64,000 nt of DNA from Anaerolineae bacterium (GCA_963675785.1 OY776562.1:1664001-1728000); one strand, 5' to 3'; shown: positions 35,198-45,738, numbered from the stretch's first letter. A program made the numbers and translations. The notes: generated by a model from the sequence alone, not told the origin.

Positions 35198-38100
35198 TTA
35201 ATTGAGCACCGATTCAAGTGCGGTAGCCAATGCCGATGGGGTAAAGGGCTTGCTCACAAAGTAGGCTCCCTGGGCGATGACTTGCTGAGCAACCGCCGAA
35301 TTATCGCCATAACCCGACATGTAGATCACTGGCAGGCCGGGCATATCCCTAACAAGGCGCTCGTACAAACTGGCCGAAGAGAGTCCGGGCAATACCACAT
35401 CAGTGAGCAGCACATCGATCTTGCCAGAAACCGGTGCAAGTTCCAGAGCCATCTCGGCGTCTTCGGCAGCGATAACGCGACAACCCAGGCGCTCAAGCAT
35501 ACGCGTGGCCAGAATGCGCACATCGGATTCATCTTCAACCAACAACACCGTACGTTGTTCACCCTCCTGCAAAGAGTCAACCTGAGAGATAGTAGGGGTC
35601 GGTTTGACAGGAGCCGTCAACACATCCGATACAAGCGGCAGGTAAACATCAAAGGTAGTGCCCTTGCCAGACTCTGAGTGAGCCTCGATGTATCCATCGG
35701 CCTGGGTAATGATGGCGTACACTGTAGCCAGCCCCAGCCCCGTACCCTCGCCAATATCCTTGGTGGTAAAGAAGGGCTCGAACATGTGCTCCATAACTTC
35801 GGGAGTCATACCAACCCCCGTATCCGAAACGGAAAGCCGTGCAAAAGCTCGTGTACCAGTGGCTTTATCGCAAAGAGCATCGGGGAGATCGCTCGATTCA
35901 ACACGGTGCAGTGAGAGGTTCAATTTGCCGCCATTGGGCATGGCGTCGCGGGCATTCACAGCCAGGCTAACCACAGCCTGTTGTAGTTGAGCAACATCTA
36001 TGAGCACAGGGAGCGGTTCTCCCGCCAGATCCAGCACCAACTCAATGCGTTCATCGAGGACAGAACCGACAAACTGCCGGGCCCGTTCCATCTCATGATT
36101 CAAATCGATCCGCCGAACGCTAAGTACGCGCTGGCGCCCGAATTCAAGCAGTTGGCCAGTCAATTCCGCTGCACGCATGCCAGCATTGAGAATGGCCAGC
36201 ACGTCCTCACGTTGAGGATCATCACCCGGCATGCTGCTCAGCAAAAACTGGCTGTACCCGTTGATTACAGTAAGCAAGTTGTTATAGTGGTGAGCAATGC
36301 CGCCAGCGAGCTGGCCAAGGCTCTCCATCTTGCTGGAAATGCGGAATTGCCGTTCATATTCGCGCCTGGGGGTAATATCCCGAGCGATGCCCATTACACT
36401 TTTGGCCTCTCCGTCCGACGCACGATACACAGACACTTTGGCCTCCATCATAGCCTCTCGCCCCGTCTTCGTTTGCAGTGCCAACTCCAACGTGAGTTCA
36501 CGATTGGTCGGCGAAAGCAGTAGTGCCGATACAGCAGCGTTTGCCGTGTCTCGCGAAGAAGGCGAGATAATCTCAAATACACTCGTGCCCACCAGCTCTT
36601 TGGGGATATAACCCAGAATTCGCTCAACCGAGGGGGCGACAAAAGTCAGAATGCCCTCGGGTGTGCATGACCAGACAATATCACTAGTGCCTTCGGCGTA
36701 GAGGCGATAACGCGCTTCGCTCTCTTCGAGAGCGCGCACGCGCAAGCGGTGGCTTACAGAAGCACCTAGTTGAATGGCAACAGTACGCATAAAAGCTGCA
36801 TCATCTGCCGAATAGGCTTTTTCGGATGTGTAACTCTGGATAGCAACCACGCCATAGGGCTGGCCATCTTCGACCAAGGGGGTACCAATATAAATACGCG
36901 GCACTCTGCCGCGAGCCTTGATGACGCCCTCGCCGGCCAGCTTGCGAATCTCGGGGTCGGTAAGAACAACCTGATCGCCCTTTTCGATAACGTATTCGGT
37001 GATGCCGCGATCAGAAGATCGACAAAGATTGGCGTTCATATCCGGCACGGCCAGGTTGGATTCAACATAATAGGGAAAACTGACCGCATTATCTTCTACA
37101 TCATACAAAGCAAGGTAGAGATTGGGAACCCGTATGGTACACTCTAGGTGGCTGTGCACCACCGCCATTAGCCCAGCTATTGTTTTGCAAGATGCGCCCG
37201 CCTCACAGATGGCATACAATACCTGATCCCGCAAGGCTTTCTCGTAACGGCGCTCTTCCAACGCCAGCGCTACTTCGGTTTCGCGCAGCAGGTTGACCTC
37301 GTGGTGCGTAGGAGTTTTATGATTGTCGAAAACCAGCCCAATCGCACCCTTTTTGTCGCGGTCTGCCTGAACACGGCGCGCACAATAAAGGAAAGGTCCC
37401 TGTACACCCTGGATGCCCTCAGTCAATACTTGAGGAAGTACCACGTCACGCAGAATCATTAGCCCATTGCTAGCTGCCAACGAAGAGGGAAGTTGCCCTG
37501 CACCATCCATTAAAATGCTGAAATCTGGCAGGATCTCATCCACATCTCTTTGAGAGATCAATGTATCACCAGACAAGCCTCGCTCGTACACGGCGCAAAG
37601 CGCACCTGAAGCCAGGCGCAATTCACGCAGTATGGTCTGCATATTGGTGAGGGAATCAGAAGTAAGATGATCCCAACAGCCCTCGAGCACCGTCCGCATC
37701 CTCTCACCGCCAACAGATTCGCTAAGCGAATCCACCGGAGCAGAAACACTGAGGATAGCTAAAACGGTGCCCTGAGCATCACGGAGGGGAAGTTTGCATG
37801 TGCTAACCGAACAGGCATACCCATCAAAGTTGAGCGTTTGGGGTAAACATCGGAATTCACCAGTTGTCGTAACAATGGTATCGGCATCAGCAAGTACGCC
37901 CAAACGGAATGTGTATTCGGCCTTGTTTGTATTTTGCAGGTAAGCATCACATTCGGGACTACAGGCCAAAAGTTGCCCCGATGTATCTGCCACATACGCG
38001 ACTGTATCGAGACTGCGCACCAGATCGCAGTACCAACTCAGTTCTGGGTCGAGGGTAATCGGATCTTTTTTAATATCAACAGGCAGAGGATTGACCTGAA

Positions 38101-38347
38101 TGCTCAGTGAGTGCATCCCCTGAGTATCCGTCGTGAATTCGACAGTGAATTGATAAGCAACCCCATCCTCAGCACGAACGACACCCTGTCTCGTTTGTCC
38201 CGATTCGGCAGCAGCACGCGCTGCATCTTGCACCGCTTTGCATACCGAAAGGGGCCAATCACAAGATTCGATGGCGGCCAAAACCGCGTCAAGGTCTGCA
38301 ACTTGATTGTTCTGCCTGAGAGAACGTTTACTCACCGATACCACCAA
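35198..38347 (-). CDS. Hybrid sensor histidine kinase (GAF-PAS-HisKA-HATPase-REC)
   Basis: H-box GIAHHYNNLL, NARDAM, DTGVGM, FEPFFTTK, GTGLGL, REC LLVEDE...DVVLP...KPF. Confidence 0.92.
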   Translation of the reverse strand: MVVSVSKRSLRQNNQVADLDAVLAAIESCDWPLSVCKAVQDAARAAAESGQTRQGVVRAEDGVAYQFTVEFTTDTQGMHSLSIQVNPLPVDIKKDPITLDPELSWYCDLVRSLDTVAYVADTSGQLLACSPECDAYLQNTNKAEYTFRLGVLADADTIVTTTGEFRCLPQTLNFDGYACSVSTCKLPLRDAQGTVLAILSVSAPVDSLSESVGGERMRTVLEGCWDHLTSDSLTNMQTILRELRLASGALCAVYERGLSGDTLISQRDVDEILPDFSILMDGAGQLPSSLAASNGLMILRDVVLPQVLTEGIQGVQGPFLYCARRVQADRDKKGAIGLVFDNHKTPTHHEVNLLRETEVALALEERRYEKALRDQVLYAICEAGASCKTIAGLMAVVHSHLECTIRVPNLYLALYDVEDNAVSFPYYVESNLAVPDMNANLCRSSDRGITEYVIEKGDQVVLTDPEIRKLAGEGVIKARGRVPRIYIGTPLVEDGQPYGVVAIQSYTSEKAYSADDAAFMRTVAIQLGASVSHRLRVRALEESEARYRLYAEGTSDIVWSCTPEGILTFVAPSVERILGYIPKELVGTSVFEIISPSSRDTANAAVSALLLSPTNRELTLELALQTKTGREAMMEAKVSVYRASDGEAKSVMGIARDITPRREYERQFRISSKMESLGQLAGGIAHHYNNLLTVINGYSQFLLSSMPGDDPQREDVLAILNAGMRAAELTGQLLEFGRQRVLSVRRIDLNHEMERARQFVGSVLDERIELVLDLAGEPLPVLIDVAQLQQAVVSLAVNARDAMPNGGKLNLSLHRVESSDLPDALCDKATGTRAFARLSVSDTGVGMTPEVMEHMFEPFFTTKDIGEGTGLGLATVYAIITQADGYIEAHSESGKGTTFDVYLPLVSDVLTAPVKPTPTISQVDSLQEGEQRTVLLVEDESDVRILATRMLERLGCRVIAAEDAEMALELAPVSGKIDVLLTDVVLPGLSSASLYERLVRDMPGLPVIYMSGYGDNSAVAQQVIAQGAYFVSKPFTPSALATALESVLN

Positions 38348-38574
38348 TCAGGCTATCCAGAAGAGATTCGCAGCAACGCTACGTATCGTTTGCATGTATC
38401 TAGTTACATTTTAACGACATAATTGCATATATCCGTAAACAATGAGTGAAGTACTCATTAAGTATTCCTATATATTGGTGTTCGTGTTGCCTCTACAATG
38501 GCACCCATATAGAATAACACAGGTACATGGTGGTTACTATTTAAAGCGCAAGATACTGAAAAAGGCAAAATGAC

Positions 38575-39411
38575 GTGAGTGCAAACAATTCCCAACTTTC
38601 GATGACGACAGACTATGCCTCTAGCTTGGGGAGCCCCCTACCCGCGTTGGAGCGCATCGCGCAGGCGGGCTTTACTCATATCCACTGGTGTCATCAATGG
38701 AACACGGATTTTGTGTACACAGAACCCGAGATCGAACAGATCAAGCGTTGGATGAAAGAGCTGAATTTGCTGATGTGCGATCTGCACGCCTCTGCCGGCA
38801 GAGAGAAATGCTGGTATTCGTCTGAGGAATACGAACGTCAAGCTGGCGTACTACTGGTAGAAAATCGCCTGCGCATGACAGCCGAACTCGGCGGCGATGT
38901 GATCATCATGCACGCCCCCGCCGCTCCACTAGATGAGGAGACCGCCCAAATCTACTGGGATGCCCTATGGCGTTCAATAGATGCGCTAGCCCCCTGTTCG
39001 CAGAAGACAGGCGTGCGTATTGCTGTGGAAAACGGCAGCCCCGACCAGTGGGACACCATTCGGCGTGTGTTGGAACGCTATCCTGCAGATTACATTGGGC
39101 TTTGCTATGATTGCGGCCATGGCAACCTGAGCGAAGAAGGGCTAACCTTGGCCGAGAAATACGCCAGCCGGCTCATATCGGTTCATCTTCACGACAATGA
39201 CGGCGCAGGTGATCAGCATAATCTCATCTACAGCGGCACCATCAACTGGGATCGTCTGGCCAAAATGATTGCCGGATCAACTTATGTCAAGCCGCTCAGT
39301 TTTGAGCTATCGATCAAGAATACCGGCTATACCAATGAGGAAGCACTGCTGGCCGAAGCCATGCGTCGAGGCCTTGACCTGGACAAAAAGGTCGCATCCT
39401 ATCGCGCTTGA
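38575..39411 (+). CDS. Sugar phosphate isomerase/epimerase family (TIM barrel)
   Basis: IAVEN, CYDCGH, HLHDN.G..DQH, G.INW, E. Confidence 0.85.
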   Translation: MSANNSQLSMTTDYASSLGSPLPALERIAQAGFTHIHWCHQWNTDFVYTEPEIEQIKRWMKELNLLMCDLHASAGREKCWYSSEEYERQAGVLLVENRLRMTAELGGDVIIMHAPAAPLDEETAQIYWDALWRSIDALAPCSQKTGVRIAVENGSPDQWDTIRRVLERYPADYIGLCYDCGHGNLSEEGLTLAEKYASRLISVHLHDNDGAGDQHNLIYSGTINWDRLAKMIAGSTYVKPLSFELSIKNTGYTNEEALLAEAMRRGLDLDKKVASYRA

Positions 39412-39437
39412 CAAAAGCATTGGCTGAGCTTTAACAT
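39408..39437 (+). promoter_or_regulatory. Promoter of inhibitor-protease operon
   Basis: TTGACA-18 nt-TAACAT. Confidence 0.5.
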
Positions 39438-39469
39438 AAATAGCAAAGTTGAACCAGGAGGCAAGGCAG

Positions 39470-39724
39470 ATGGCACGTATGAGCAAGAACCTCGAAACCC
39501 AGTGTAAAGATCACCCTCGAACCTGGGTGAACCTCATTGTAGGTATTTCGGGTGATGCTGGCGAGCACGTTCAAGCAATGGAAAAGCGCGGCGTTCAGAT
39601 TCAGCGTCGCTTTCGACTTACAGGCAAGGTGGGCGTCAAAGCCACTGGCAAGATGGTCCTGGAACTCGCCCAGGCCCCATGGGTTACATCTATTGAAGAA
39701 GACAAGCCTGTTCACGCCCTCTAG
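39470..39724 (+). CDS. Stand-alone subtilisin-propeptide-like (inhibitor I9-like) protein
   Basis: 84 aa after AGGAGG; C-terminal PWVTSIEEDKPVHAL resembles subtilisin propeptide ends and the propeptide of the next gene. Confidence 0.7.
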   Translation: MARMSKNLETQCKDHPRTWVNLIVGISGDAGEHVQAMEKRGVQIQRRFRLTGKVGVKATGKMVLELAQAPWVTSIEEDKPVHAL

Positions 39725-39738
39725 CGGAGGTACGCCTT

Positions 39739-41040
39739 GTGTCTGACTCTCGGTCCAAGCTAACCCGAGGCCTGTATCTGTCTCTGTGCCAGGTCGAGGA
39801 TGAACCCCGCCCTCCCAGTCTGCCCATCATCGTCGAATATGCTGACCATTTGACGGTACGGCGTAGCGCAGTGGCCGGAACCTTTTTTGCGCGATCCTTC
39901 CATTTGCTGCCGCTGGCAGCCATGCGAGCCACGCCTTCTGCCATTCGCGCATTGGAAGATGAACCCGAAGTTGTGCGCATTTATGAAGACCAGATGGTCT
40001 ATGCCACGCTGGACTTTTCGGCGCCGCATATTAACGCGACACAAGCCTGGGATAGCGGTTATGATGGTTCAAACGTCAAGATTGCCATTATTGATACCGG
40101 CTTGGATGCCGACCATCCCGATTTTGCCGATCGCGTCATCGACATGGCCGACTTTACTGGTGAGGGACACGGCGACCTGAACGGACACGGTACCCATTGT
40201 GCCAGCATCGCCGCAGGATCGGGTCAGGCCAGTGAGGGCAAGTATCGCGGTATCGCTCCGGGCGCCCACATTTATGTAGGCAAAGCGCTGGACCGCGATG
40301 GCGCAGGATCGATGAGCGATGTGATGACCGCTGTGGAATGGGCGGTTGATGCCGGTGTCGACGTCATCAGCCTTTCGTTGGGCAGCCCTGGCCCCTCTGA
40401 TGGCACTGATGCCCTGAGTGAGATTTGCGATGCCGCCGTCGATGCGGGTGTAGCCGTCTGTGTCGCGGCAGGCAACGAAGGCCCGGAACCTTATACTGTT
40501 GGCAGCCCCGGCGCTGCCAAAAATGCCATCACGGTGGGTGCGGCCAGTGACCTGGACCGTATTGCCTCGTTTTCGTCGCGCGGGCCCACTGCCGATGGAC
40601 GGCAAAAGCCGGATATTATCTTTCCCGGTGTCGAGATCACCGCAGCACGAGCCAACAGTACCTATATGGGCTCGATTGTGGATGATATGTATACCTCAGC
40701 CTCCGGCACTAGCATGGCTACGCCGCATTGCGCAGGAGCCTGTGCACTCATCATTCAGGCTCATCCCGGCATTACACCCATAGAAATCAAGCAAGTACTG
40801 CTCGGCACTGCTGTAGATCTCGGTGCCGAAGGTAATGCCCAGGGTTACGGTCGCGCAGATGTATGGGAAGCGCTGCAGGCCGATATCTCAGAGCCACTAC
40901 CGGAACCAGATCCCGATGAGCCAGATGAAAACGAACCCGACGATCCCTCTACCTCCAATCCGGGCTGCCTAGGATTGTTATTGGGCGCCTTGCCCGAAGA
41001 AGATGGCGAGACGACCCAAAGACGCCGATATGCTCGATAA
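39739..41040 (+). CDS. S8 (subtilisin-family) serine peptidase
   Basis: Triad IIDTG, HGTHCA, SGTSMATPH; oxyanion AAGNEG; N-terminal propeptide; no signal peptide. Confidence 0.95.
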   Translation: MSDSRSKLTRGLYLSLCQVEDEPRPPSLPIIVEYADHLTVRRSAVAGTFFARSFHLLPLAAMRATPSAIRALEDEPEVVRIYEDQMVYATLDFSAPHINATQAWDSGYDGSNVKIAIIDTGLDADHPDFADRVIDMADFTGEGHGDLNGHGTHCASIAAGSGQASEGKYRGIAPGAHIYVGKALDRDGAGSMSDVMTAVEWAVDAGVDVISLSLGSPGPSDGTDALSEICDAAVDAGVAVCVAAGNEGPEPYTVGSPGAAKNAITVGAASDLDRIASFSSRGPTADGRQKPDIIFPGVEITAARANSTYMGSIVDDMYTSASGTSMATPHCAGACALIIQAHPGITPIEIKQVLLGTAVDLGAEGNAQGYGRADVWEALQADISEPLPEPDPDEPDENEPDDPSTSNPGCLGLLLGALPEEDGETTQRRRYAR

Positions 41041-42223
41041 TCTGCGCAGAGAGGTAGAAGAGATGGGCAGGCCGCGCTGGCGGCCCATGCTGCGCTATGT
41101 CGCCGAGCTGCACGCCCGCAGTGTCCATCCACCCAGCCCTCCCTTTTCCCATTCCTGGGAAGAGATCGGCCCCGGCTATTGTTACGGACCTGCGTTTGGC
41201 CATCAGGATCTGATCTACCAAATTATTGATGTATTACCGGCTGAGCCCGAACACGCTCGCGAGCAGATTTTGAATAATTTAGAGAATCAACAGCCGGACG
41301 GACTGGTGCCGGGCAGTATCTGGGTTCGTGAAGACGGGCCAAAGTGGAGCACCACGGTGGGCAATCCGCCTATGTGGCCCATTGCCGTCAAAGCCTATGC
41401 CTCTCTTGTTGGTTCAGACGAACTCATTAGAACCTGTTTTGAGCCCCTCATGCGCCAGATTGGCTGGTTCGAAGCCAATCGCAAGGCCGACGACGAGGGA
41501 TACTATTATACTGACATTCTAACTCATCAGTGGGAAAGCGGGACGGACGAAGGTGTACGTTTCGATGATGTACCCCCCGGCAAGCTGGCCTGTATTGATG
41601 CAACCTCGCATTTGTACATGCTCTATGATATTGCCAGCCATTGGGCACTATGGATGGACGAACCCGTACGAGCACTCATGGAGCGAGCCCGCGTGCTGCG
41701 CGAATTCATTCAACGGCACATGTGGTGCGAAGAGCAGAACGCCTTTTTCGATATCTGGTCCGTTCGCCAGCCGCAATATCAACGCCTGACTTTCGAGGGC
41801 TTTTTCCCGCTTATTGTGGGAGCCGCCCTGCCCGAGCAAGCTAACCAGGTCATCGATGAGCATATTCTCAACCCCGATGAGTTCATGGGTGCGCACCCTA
41901 TAGCCTCTGTGGCCATGAATGATCCCCATTTCGAGCTGCGCATGTGGCGCGGCCCCACATGGAACAGCATCAGCTATCTGACGGCGCGTGCCTGCCTGCG
42001 TTACGGTCGTAATGACGCCGCCAAGATGATCCTGACCCGGGCGCTGAACTCGGCATCTTCCGTTTTCGAACGCACTGGCACCATCTGGGAGTTTTACCAC
42101 CCTCAAGGTGGGGATCCCGAAACGTTGGCGCGCAAACCGCAAACGGGCATCAATACACCCTGTAAGGACTATTTGGGGCACAACCCACTCATCGCCATGG
42201 CTCGCCTTTGGGAAGTCTGTTGA
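41030..42223 (+). CDS. Trehalase-like/GH63 (MGH1-like) glycoside hydrolase
   Basis: PPMW, WESG.D...RFD, MWRGPTW, IWEFY.P. Confidence 0.82.
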   Translation: MLDNLRREVEEMGRPRWRPMLRYVAELHARSVHPPSPPFSHSWEEIGPGYCYGPAFGHQDLIYQIIDVLPAEPEHAREQILNNLENQQPDGLVPGSIWVREDGPKWSTTVGNPPMWPIAVKAYASLVGSDELIRTCFEPLMRQIGWFEANRKADDEGYYYTDILTHQWESGTDEGVRFDDVPPGKLACIDATSHLYMLYDIASHWALWMDEPVRALMERARVLREFIQRHMWCEEQNAFFDIWSVRQPQYQRLTFEGFFPLIVGAALPEQANQVIDEHILNPDEFMGAHPIASVAMNDPHFELRMWRGPTWNSISYLTARACLRYGRNDAAKMILTRALNSASSVFERTGTIWEFYHPQGGDPETLARKPQTGINTPCKDYLGHNPLIAMARLWEVC

Positions 42224-42247
42224 TAGAACCCAATCAATCACCCCCTT

Positions 42248-42286
42248 CACTGCCTCAGACGCCCAGAGTCTCTGAGGCAGTGTTTT
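42248..42286 (+). terminator. Intrinsic terminator
   Basis: CACTGCCTCAGA...TCTGAGGCAGTG followed by TTTT. Confidence 0.8.
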
Positions 42287-42396
42287 GAAAGGGTCGAAAC
42301 CAAAGCATTGGATACGCGTAGAGTATACGTTAACTCAATAATACAGCTGACTGGATTCGAATCAGATCTGGTGAGGATCACCAAAATGGGGGAAAG

Positions 42397-42873
42397 ATGA
42401 AAGCACTGGTCGTTTATGACTCTGTCTTTGGCAACACGGAAAAAGTTGCACAGGCTATTGGGGAGACACTGGGTACAAGAGCGGAAACCGCAGTCGTGCG
42501 GGTAACCGAGATCAAACCAGAGCAGCTCACTGACATTGATCTGTTGATTGTAGGTTCACCAACGCGAGCCTTTCGCCCCATGCCAACCATCAAAGCATGG
42601 TACGGCGCATTGCCACTGGGTGCCCTAAGCGGCATCAAGGTAGCAGCTTTTGATACTCGTATCCGTCTGGAGGATACCACCTCTGGTTTCCTAAAAAGGA
42701 TGAGCAAGTGGTTTGGGTATGCTGCTGAGCCCATGGCCAAAGCTTTGCAGCGCAAGGGCGGCATATTAGCAGCACCTCCAGCTGGCTTTGGTGTAGGAGA
42801 CAGTGAAGGCCCCCTCAAAGAGGGTGAGCTAGAACGTGCCACCGCCTGGGCCGAGCAGGCCCTAAAAGCCTAA
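42397..42873 (+). CDS. Flavodoxin family protein
   Basis: VVYDSVFGNTEKVA, GSPT, AAFDTR, GPLKEGE. Confidence 0.9.
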   Translation: MKALVVYDSVFGNTEKVAQAIGETLGTRAETAVVRVTEIKPEQLTDIDLLIVGSPTRAFRPMPTIKAWYGALPLGALSGIKVAAFDTRIRLEDTTSGFLKRMSKWFGYAAEPMAKALQRKGGILAAPPAGFGVGDSEGPLKEGELERATAWAEQALKA

Positions 42874-42948
42874 CAAGGCAGAACCTGTCTTTCGGCGTTA
42901 GCCAAAGGCTCGCCTTACCGGGCAGATGCTTTGTCTGTTTGGCAAACG

Positions 42949-43551
42949 CTAGTGTAAAAAGAGCGAAACAGCGCAATACATTAGCAACAATGCCATAACT
43001 ACATTAAAGATCCTTTCGTACTTGGCCAGAAATCGCTGAAAGAGCGAGCCGAAAAAAGCCCAGCTGTTGGTAGCCACGAGGGAGACCAGCGCTAGACCCA
43101 CTGAGAACAGTACCAGGCTAATGCCCGACTTGAAATAGGGTATTATGAAATTGGCCATGATGGTGATGCCATAGAGAATGCCCTTGGCATTGACAAACTG
43201 CAGGGCAAAACCACCCCAAAAGGAATTCTGCTTGTTGTTTTGGGCACCGGTTGTTTGATCATCATGGTTGTGTGCATCGCTCGTCACAGTTTTATAGGCA
43301 AGGTAGCCCATGTACACTGCCCCGACGATATTCATGGCCAATTGAATGCGCGGAATGACGCGAAAAAGCAAAAGGTTGGCATAAGCGCATAACAACAGGA
43401 CGACTGAAAAGCCGCCCAGCACGCCGAGAGTAAACCGAACCGTTTTCTTCCAGCCGTAGCGGCCTGCAATCGACATGGCCATGATATTATTCGGGCCAGG
43501 CGTAAACGTGGTAACAAATACATACGACAAGAACGGTGCAAGAGCAAACAT
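42949..43551 (-). CDS. LysE family amino-acid exporter
   Basis: TPGPNNI, G..Y..YLA, GFALQFVNAK; ATG 43551 after AGGAG. Confidence 0.88.
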   Translation of the reverse strand: MFALAPFLSYVFVTTFTPGPNNIMAMSIAGRYGWKKTVRFTLGVLGGFSVVLLLCAYANLLLFRVIPRIQLAMNIVGAVYMGYLAYKTVTSDAHNHDDQTTGAQNNKQNSFWGGFALQFVNAKGILYGITIMANFIIPYFKSGISLVLFSVGLALVSLVATNSWAFFGSLFQRFLAKYERIFNVVMALLLMYCAVSLFLH

Positions 43552-43874
43552 GTGCGACAGAGCTCCTTTTGCACAAGCGAGACGCAAGCTAAAGACTGCA
43601 CTGCTTGGACCGGGTTAATTGACGACAATGTCTTTGGGGGTATAAGAGGCAATTGCACAGCACCGTAGCTGCATAGTATAAAGAGAGGGGAACAGGTTCT
43701 GCTGGAGAAATGAAACTGCTACTACCAGCCGATGAGAGAGTATCGAAATTGATGGGATAACCACAATTATTTCGCAAGTGGGCTGACAAACTGAAACCCA
43801 TTTGTATCACAAGGACAGACAGTGCGCAAACATGCATTGACGACGGCGGGCGATGCCCAGAAACGAGGTAAAGT

Positions 43875-44324
43875 ATGACCAAGGTTCTCGTTCTGTATCA
43901 TTCGCAAGAGTACGGCAACACGAGAAAGATGGCCGAAGCACTGGCCGAAGGCGCCCAACAGGCCGGCGCCGAGGTTGAGTTGGTAAACACCAACGAAACA
44001 CGTGCCAGCATAGAGGCGTTTCGTGCCGCTGATGCAGTGGCCATCGGCACACCCGACTATTTCAGTTATATCGCTGGCAATCTCAAGCAGTTTTGGGACG
44101 ACTGGTACATCGCTCAAAGAATTGACCCCAAGGGCCTCAAGGACAAGCCGCTGGCGTTATTCTGCACCCATGGCGGAGGAGGCAAAGCACGAGGTGTGCT
44201 AGAGAATCTTGCCAGAGAGCTGGGCACCCCTGTGAGCGAGACCATTGCCTCACAAGGTGCCCCCGACAGGGACACGATAGCTGCACTGAAAGAACTGGGT
44301 GAAAAGCTGGTGGAGGCAATCTAG
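43875..44324 (+). CDS. Flavodoxin/WrbA-like protein
   Basis: YHSQEYGNTRKMA, GTPDYF, FCTHGGGG. Confidence 0.88.
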   Translation: MTKVLVLYHSQEYGNTRKMAEALAEGAQQAGAEVELVNTNETRASIEAFRAADAVAIGTPDYFSYIAGNLKQFWDDWYIAQRIDPKGLKDKPLALFCTHGGGGKARGVLENLARELGTPVSETIASQGAPDRDTIAALKELGEKLVEAI

Positions 44325-44364
44325 AAAAAGAGGCTGTGGGATTATTCCCCACAGCCTCTTTTTA
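44325..44364. terminator. Bidirectional intrinsic terminator
   Basis: AAAAAGAGGCTGTGGGA...TCCCACAGCCTCTTTTT between convergent genes. Confidence 0.9.
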
Positions 44365-44375
44365 TTCTTTCCTTA

Positions 44376-45455
44376 TCAGGGCTTGAGCACTACTTTGACT
44401 GAATCCTCGCCCGAGGCGGCGATATCCAGCGCCTCGCCAAAACGCTCTAGTGGCAGGACATGCGAGACCAGTGCCTTACCATTGATGACCCCACTACGAA
44501 GATAATCAATAGCCAGCGGGTAACTGTAGGCACCCAAATGCGCACCATGAATGTTAAGCTCTTTGACATCGCCAATGATAGACCAATCGATGGCAGCAGG
44601 TTTGGCATGTACGCTAAACTCGACGAACGTGCCCAACTTGCGCACCATTTGCAAACCCTGGCTTACGGCCGGCGCAGCGCCAGTAGCCTCGATATAAACA
44701 TCGCAGCCGTAGCCTTCCGTTAGATCGAGTACGCGCTCAATGGCGTTGCCCTCACTCACATCAATGGCCAGGTCTGCGCCGAGCTGCTCTGCCAAACGCA
44801 GGCGCTTGGGTTTCATATCCAGAGCGATGACCATGGATGGCCCCTTTTGCTTAGCCGCCTGTAACATCCCCAGGCCAATAGGACCCATGCCAGCAATAGC
44901 CACCACATCGCCTAATTGAATGTCGCCACGCTGCACGGCATGAATGGCGCAAGCCATGGGCTCAATCAGTGCCGCCTGATCGATGGGCAAATCCTTGGGC
45001 ACCTTGTAATTGATGGCGTTGGCCGGAAAGAGCATGTACTCGGCCCACGAACCCTCAGCACGATCCTTGATAAAGCCGTAGATGTCGTGCTGCTGGCACA
45101 TCCAATACTTGCCAGTCTTGCAGAAACGGCACTTGCCGCAGGGCACAATCTGCTCAGAAACGGCATGATCACCAATTTGCAGGCCGTACTTTTCAGCAGC
45201 GCCTTCACCTAGCGCCACCACCTCGCCCACGAACTCGTGCCCGGCGGTTACCGGAGGCTGAATATAGGGAGCGATGGCGTCTGATCCCCATACGCGAGCC
45301 CCATGAAAAGCCTTGACGTCGCTGGCGCAAACGCCAGTAGCCAACACTTTGACCAGCACCTCGCCCGGGCCAACCTGGGGAACGGGGATGGTTTCAAGCC
45401 GATAGTCATTCGGCGCATAAACACGTACAGCTTTCATTGTAGCGGGAATCGTCAT
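44376..45455 (-). CDS. Zn-dependent (MDR) polyol/alcohol dehydrogenase
   Basis: GVCASD, GHEFVG, CGKCRFC......C, GMGPIG. Confidence 0.92.
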   Translation of the reverse strand: MTIPATMKAVRVYAPNDYRLETIPVPQVGPGEVLVKVLATGVCASDVKAFHGARVWGSDAIAPYIQPPVTAGHEFVGEVVALGEGAAEKYGLQIGDHAVSEQIVPCGKCRFCKTGKYWMCQQHDIYGFIKDRAEGSWAEYMLFPANAINYKVPKDLPIDQAALIEPMACAIHAVQRGDIQLGDVVAIAGMGPIGLGMLQAAKQKGPSMVIALDMKPKRLRLAEQLGADLAIDVSEGNAIERVLDLTEGYGCDVYIEATGAAPAVSQGLQMVRKLGTFVEFSVHAKPAAIDWSIIGDVKELNIHGAHLGAYSYPLAIDYLRSGVINGKALVSHVLPLERFGEALDIAASGEDSVKVVLKP

Positions 45456-45738
45456 CGCATTTCCTCCACAGACATCATTCTACATGCGCCCACATTTGCA
45501 CGAGCAGACGCTCGCCACCATTATAGTCGGCGTTCGCATAATCGACCAGTTCTACTGCTTGCGAATTACCACTCACTGCTGTATACAAAGGGCCATACCT
45601 TTTGCCCCACAGGGCAAACTGAAACAGAGCTGAAACAACTGACCATCATTACACCGGTTTAGTACCACTGGAGAACATGCGCCAACTGGCTCAGGAGATC
45701 ATGCCTAGGCCCGCATTGTCAATATTGTGGAGGATAGT

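Noticed and set aside
42868-42903. attC-like ends (GCCTAAC...GTTAGCC) overlapping the flavodoxin stop codon; similar GCTAACA...TGTTAGC near 2648-2682
   Set aside because: Only about 36 nt, shorter than attC sites; no L boxes, cassette array or integron integrase. Simpler explanation is a terminator or hairpin.
43552-43874. Long intergenic region upstream of the LysE exporter (possible SAM/lysine riboswitch or T-box)
   Set aside because: No consensus elements recognised on either strand; an Rfam scan would be needed.
45619-45645. CTGAAACA direct repeats (11-bp period) in a divergent intergenic region
   Set aside because: No clear adjacent -10 element and no regulator nearby; too weak to call.
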